A stretch of 64,000 bases of DNA. It comes from Andalucia godoyi And28 (Eukaryota > Protista > Jakobida). The position numbers were made by a program, and so were the translations under genes. The notes under the pieces were generated by a model that saw only the letters and a list, made by a program, of their open reading frames with translations, was not told where the DNA came from and searched no databases. Location: positions 326,463 through 390,462 of the forward strand of contig VRVR01000001.1 of the NCBI GenBank assembly GCA_009859145.1. Reading direction: 5' to 3'. Below, in pieces: positions 63,001-64,000 of the stretch (within the stretch, counting starts at the first letter, position 1; the number at the start of each line of letters is the position of its first letter).

Positions 63001-64000
63001 AACTCGACCGTAGCATCGCCCAAACGAATGCAGGGTACGCCTCCCTGTTTGAACGTTTGTTTCAGCAACAGAGGTTCCAAAGATGGATCCAATTCCTCCC
63101 CGACATTTTCCAGTAAAACCGGAGTGCCAAACCGGACAGCATTCTCCAATGTCCGAAGGAAGTTAGAATCTGAGAGCCGAATCGTAATCATCTTGCTGGA
63201 TCTTTCCATGTTCCGAATCCACTTGTTTGCTTGCCCCTCAGGGTCAATGAGCAGCGGCCAGCGGCGAGCGGTGGAAGTAATGATACCATTGTCAGTAGAA
63301 AACGAGTCTTTCGGAAGACCATCAATGTACCACGCTCGCATTTTAACTTGGTCGCCAAGAACCTCCGCAAGCGAAAATGCCTCGGATCTCGGAATCTCAA
63401 GCGACTGTGCAAGCGCAATCCATTGACTGACACAATCAGAGCGATACGGCACGGTAAATGCACCAAGGTAAGCAATCACACCAGCAGCAATCAAAATATC
63501 ACCCGTCAAGTTGCGGATACGGCGATCCAGTTCCCGAGCAGACTGTGACCAGCGATCGCGCTCTCCGCCCAGTCCTCCGATGAGCTTCTGTGCTCGGTCC
63601 AGCTTCACCGTACAATCATCAACTTCCTTTTCGAGCTGCACCTTCTTTCCTTGCGTTTCCTCCAGCTGCGTCTGCAATTTTGCCATCTTTTCTTCCACAG
63701 CTCGCAGTTCAGCTCTTTTTGCATTCAGCGCCTCCATCACTGATGAATACTCCGCCTCCGCCTCTCCCAGCGCAGCTTGTTTCGGCTTCACGATTTTCAT
63801 GACATCCGAATACTGAACAACCGCTCGAACCCACTTACACAAGCCTTCGGCAGCAGACGATGCATTTCGAACCTTATCGGGATCGAACTCCGGATTGTCG
63901 AGAAACTCCTTCTTGATCTTCATTTCAATTGCTGGATTCACATTGTCCTTGTCATATACTTTCAGCGACTGCAGGAAGCCAGTGTCACCCAGAAGCTTCA
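60099..64000 (-). CDS. Dynein heavy chain (axonemal-type), C-terminal part; the gene continues beyond the window
   Basis: Stalk/AAA5/AAA6: RWPLLIDPEGQANKWI, LENVGEELDP, GLEDQLL, SLGQGQGP, VVLQNCHL, FRLWLTSYP, YGGRVTDDWDRR, GVLSTTGHSTNFV, W.RRGVALL. Confidence 0.98.
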   Translation of the reverse strand, partial: KLLGDTGFLQSLKVYDKDNVNPAIEMKIKKEFLDNPEFDPDKVRNASSAAEGLCKWVRAVVQYSDVMKIVKPKQAALGEAEAEYSSVMEALNAKRAELRAVEEKMAKLQTQLEETQGKKVQLEKEVDDCTVKLDRAQKLIGGLGGERDRWSQSARELDRRIRNLTGDILIAAGVIAYLGAFTVPYRSDCVSQWIALAQSLEIPRSEAFSLAEVLGDQVKMRAWYIDGLPKDSFSTDNGIITSTARRWPLLIDPEGQANKWIRNMERSSKMITIRLSDSNFLRTLENAVRFGTPVLLENVGEELDPSLEPLLLKQTFKQGGVPCIRLGDATVEFSADFRLYITTKLRNPHYLPELSTKVTLINFMITPEGLEDQLLGTVVAQERPDLEDEKNDLIIQSAANKKQLKEIEDKILEVLSTASNILEDSSGIEVLSASKELSIKIEKKQQIAEQTEAKIDAARIRYQPVALRSSLLFFCIASLSNIDPMYQYSLTWYQNLFLQSIANAERSSDLDVRLANLNAHFTYSLYCNVCRSLFEKDKLLFSFLLTIAIMDRESKDLNAFELRFLLTGGVSLGENTRANPAPAWLSQRSWDEICRLTDQAPQPFSDFATSVERNVSSWQEWYDLALPHEHPLPDGWSQRISPFQLLLIVRCLRPDKVVPAVFSFVSGKTGAQFVSPPGFDLPSTFADSTVRSPLIFVLSPGSDPMNELLKFADSMRMSDKLESISLGQGQGPIAERLIQNAMRIGGWVVLQNCHLATSWMSTLERICEAISPDTTHQNFRLWLTSYPSDKFPLSVLQDGVKMTNEPPKGLRANLLRSYNSDPINDPNFYESCQREMEWHRLAFGLCFFHAIVQERRKFGAIGFNIPYEFNETDLRISVRQLHMFLNESLTQGNHEVPFAALLYLTGECNYGGRVTDDWDRRCMMSILRMVYTPKIISDPKYRFSESGTYVVPAWDPASSTSSRDAAILPIESLPAIALPEVFGMHENADITKNINDTSALFASVLTAQSGARKGGGSSEQDRVVDEVATSILAKLPAPFDGELAQQKFPVSYNESMNTVFCQELIRFNKLTTVIRSTLNQIRKAIKGLVVMSSDLEKVGISLYNGQVPSAWASKSYPSRKPLAGYVADLLMRLEMLQSWFNSGPPTILWVSGFFFTQACLTGILQNFARKYTIPVDILEFDFEFIDGPVPTSKPTDGAYIRGMFFECARWNSETHVLDESQPKVLFSECPIIWLKPAESAKIPKRPHYRCPVYKESARRGVLSTTGHSTNFVIAIRVPSDKPEDHWVRRGVALLLQLDD

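Noticed and set aside
1-64000. tRNA, rRNA or snRNA genes
   Set aside because: No cloverleaf or conserved rRNA/snRNA motif recognised by eye; a tRNAscan/Infernal run would be needed to exclude them

Overview
Compact, almost intron-free eukaryotic nuclear DNA, probably from a flagellated protist (inference: axonemal-type dynein, very short or overlapping intergenic spacers, standard genetic code). About 30 housekeeping genes are recognisable by motif, including SWI5, AK6, CysRS, a PTR2 transporter, Derlin, a cullin, RPL36, CSN3, eEF2, an HPS5-like protein, cytochrome P450 reductase, TDP2-like, LOG, YIPF, MINDY, ProRS, FHIP, ASPG and a dynein heavy chain running off the right edge. Many of the larger intergenic gaps hold relics of RNA-guided TnpB/Fanzor transposons. 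(1) An IS607-type unit has an intact serine-recombinase TnpA overlapping a decayed Fanzor2 (16.1-17.3 kb). (2) Five further Fanzor2 relics lie at about 9.2, 26.2, 30.1-31.8, 38.2 and 48.2 kb. (3) A three-member family of non-autonomous Fanzor1 deletion derivatives lies at 35.4, 42.1 and 54.7 kb; two copies are TA-flanked and TIR-bounded. All three keep the same hairpin-forming 3' segment where an omega-RNA scaffold is expected, each followed by a different flank. A 2.6-kb hAT transposon with perfect 20-bp TIRs, an 8-bp TSD and a decayed transposase sits next to the IS607 unit. All family assignments come from motif recognition by eye, not from database searches.
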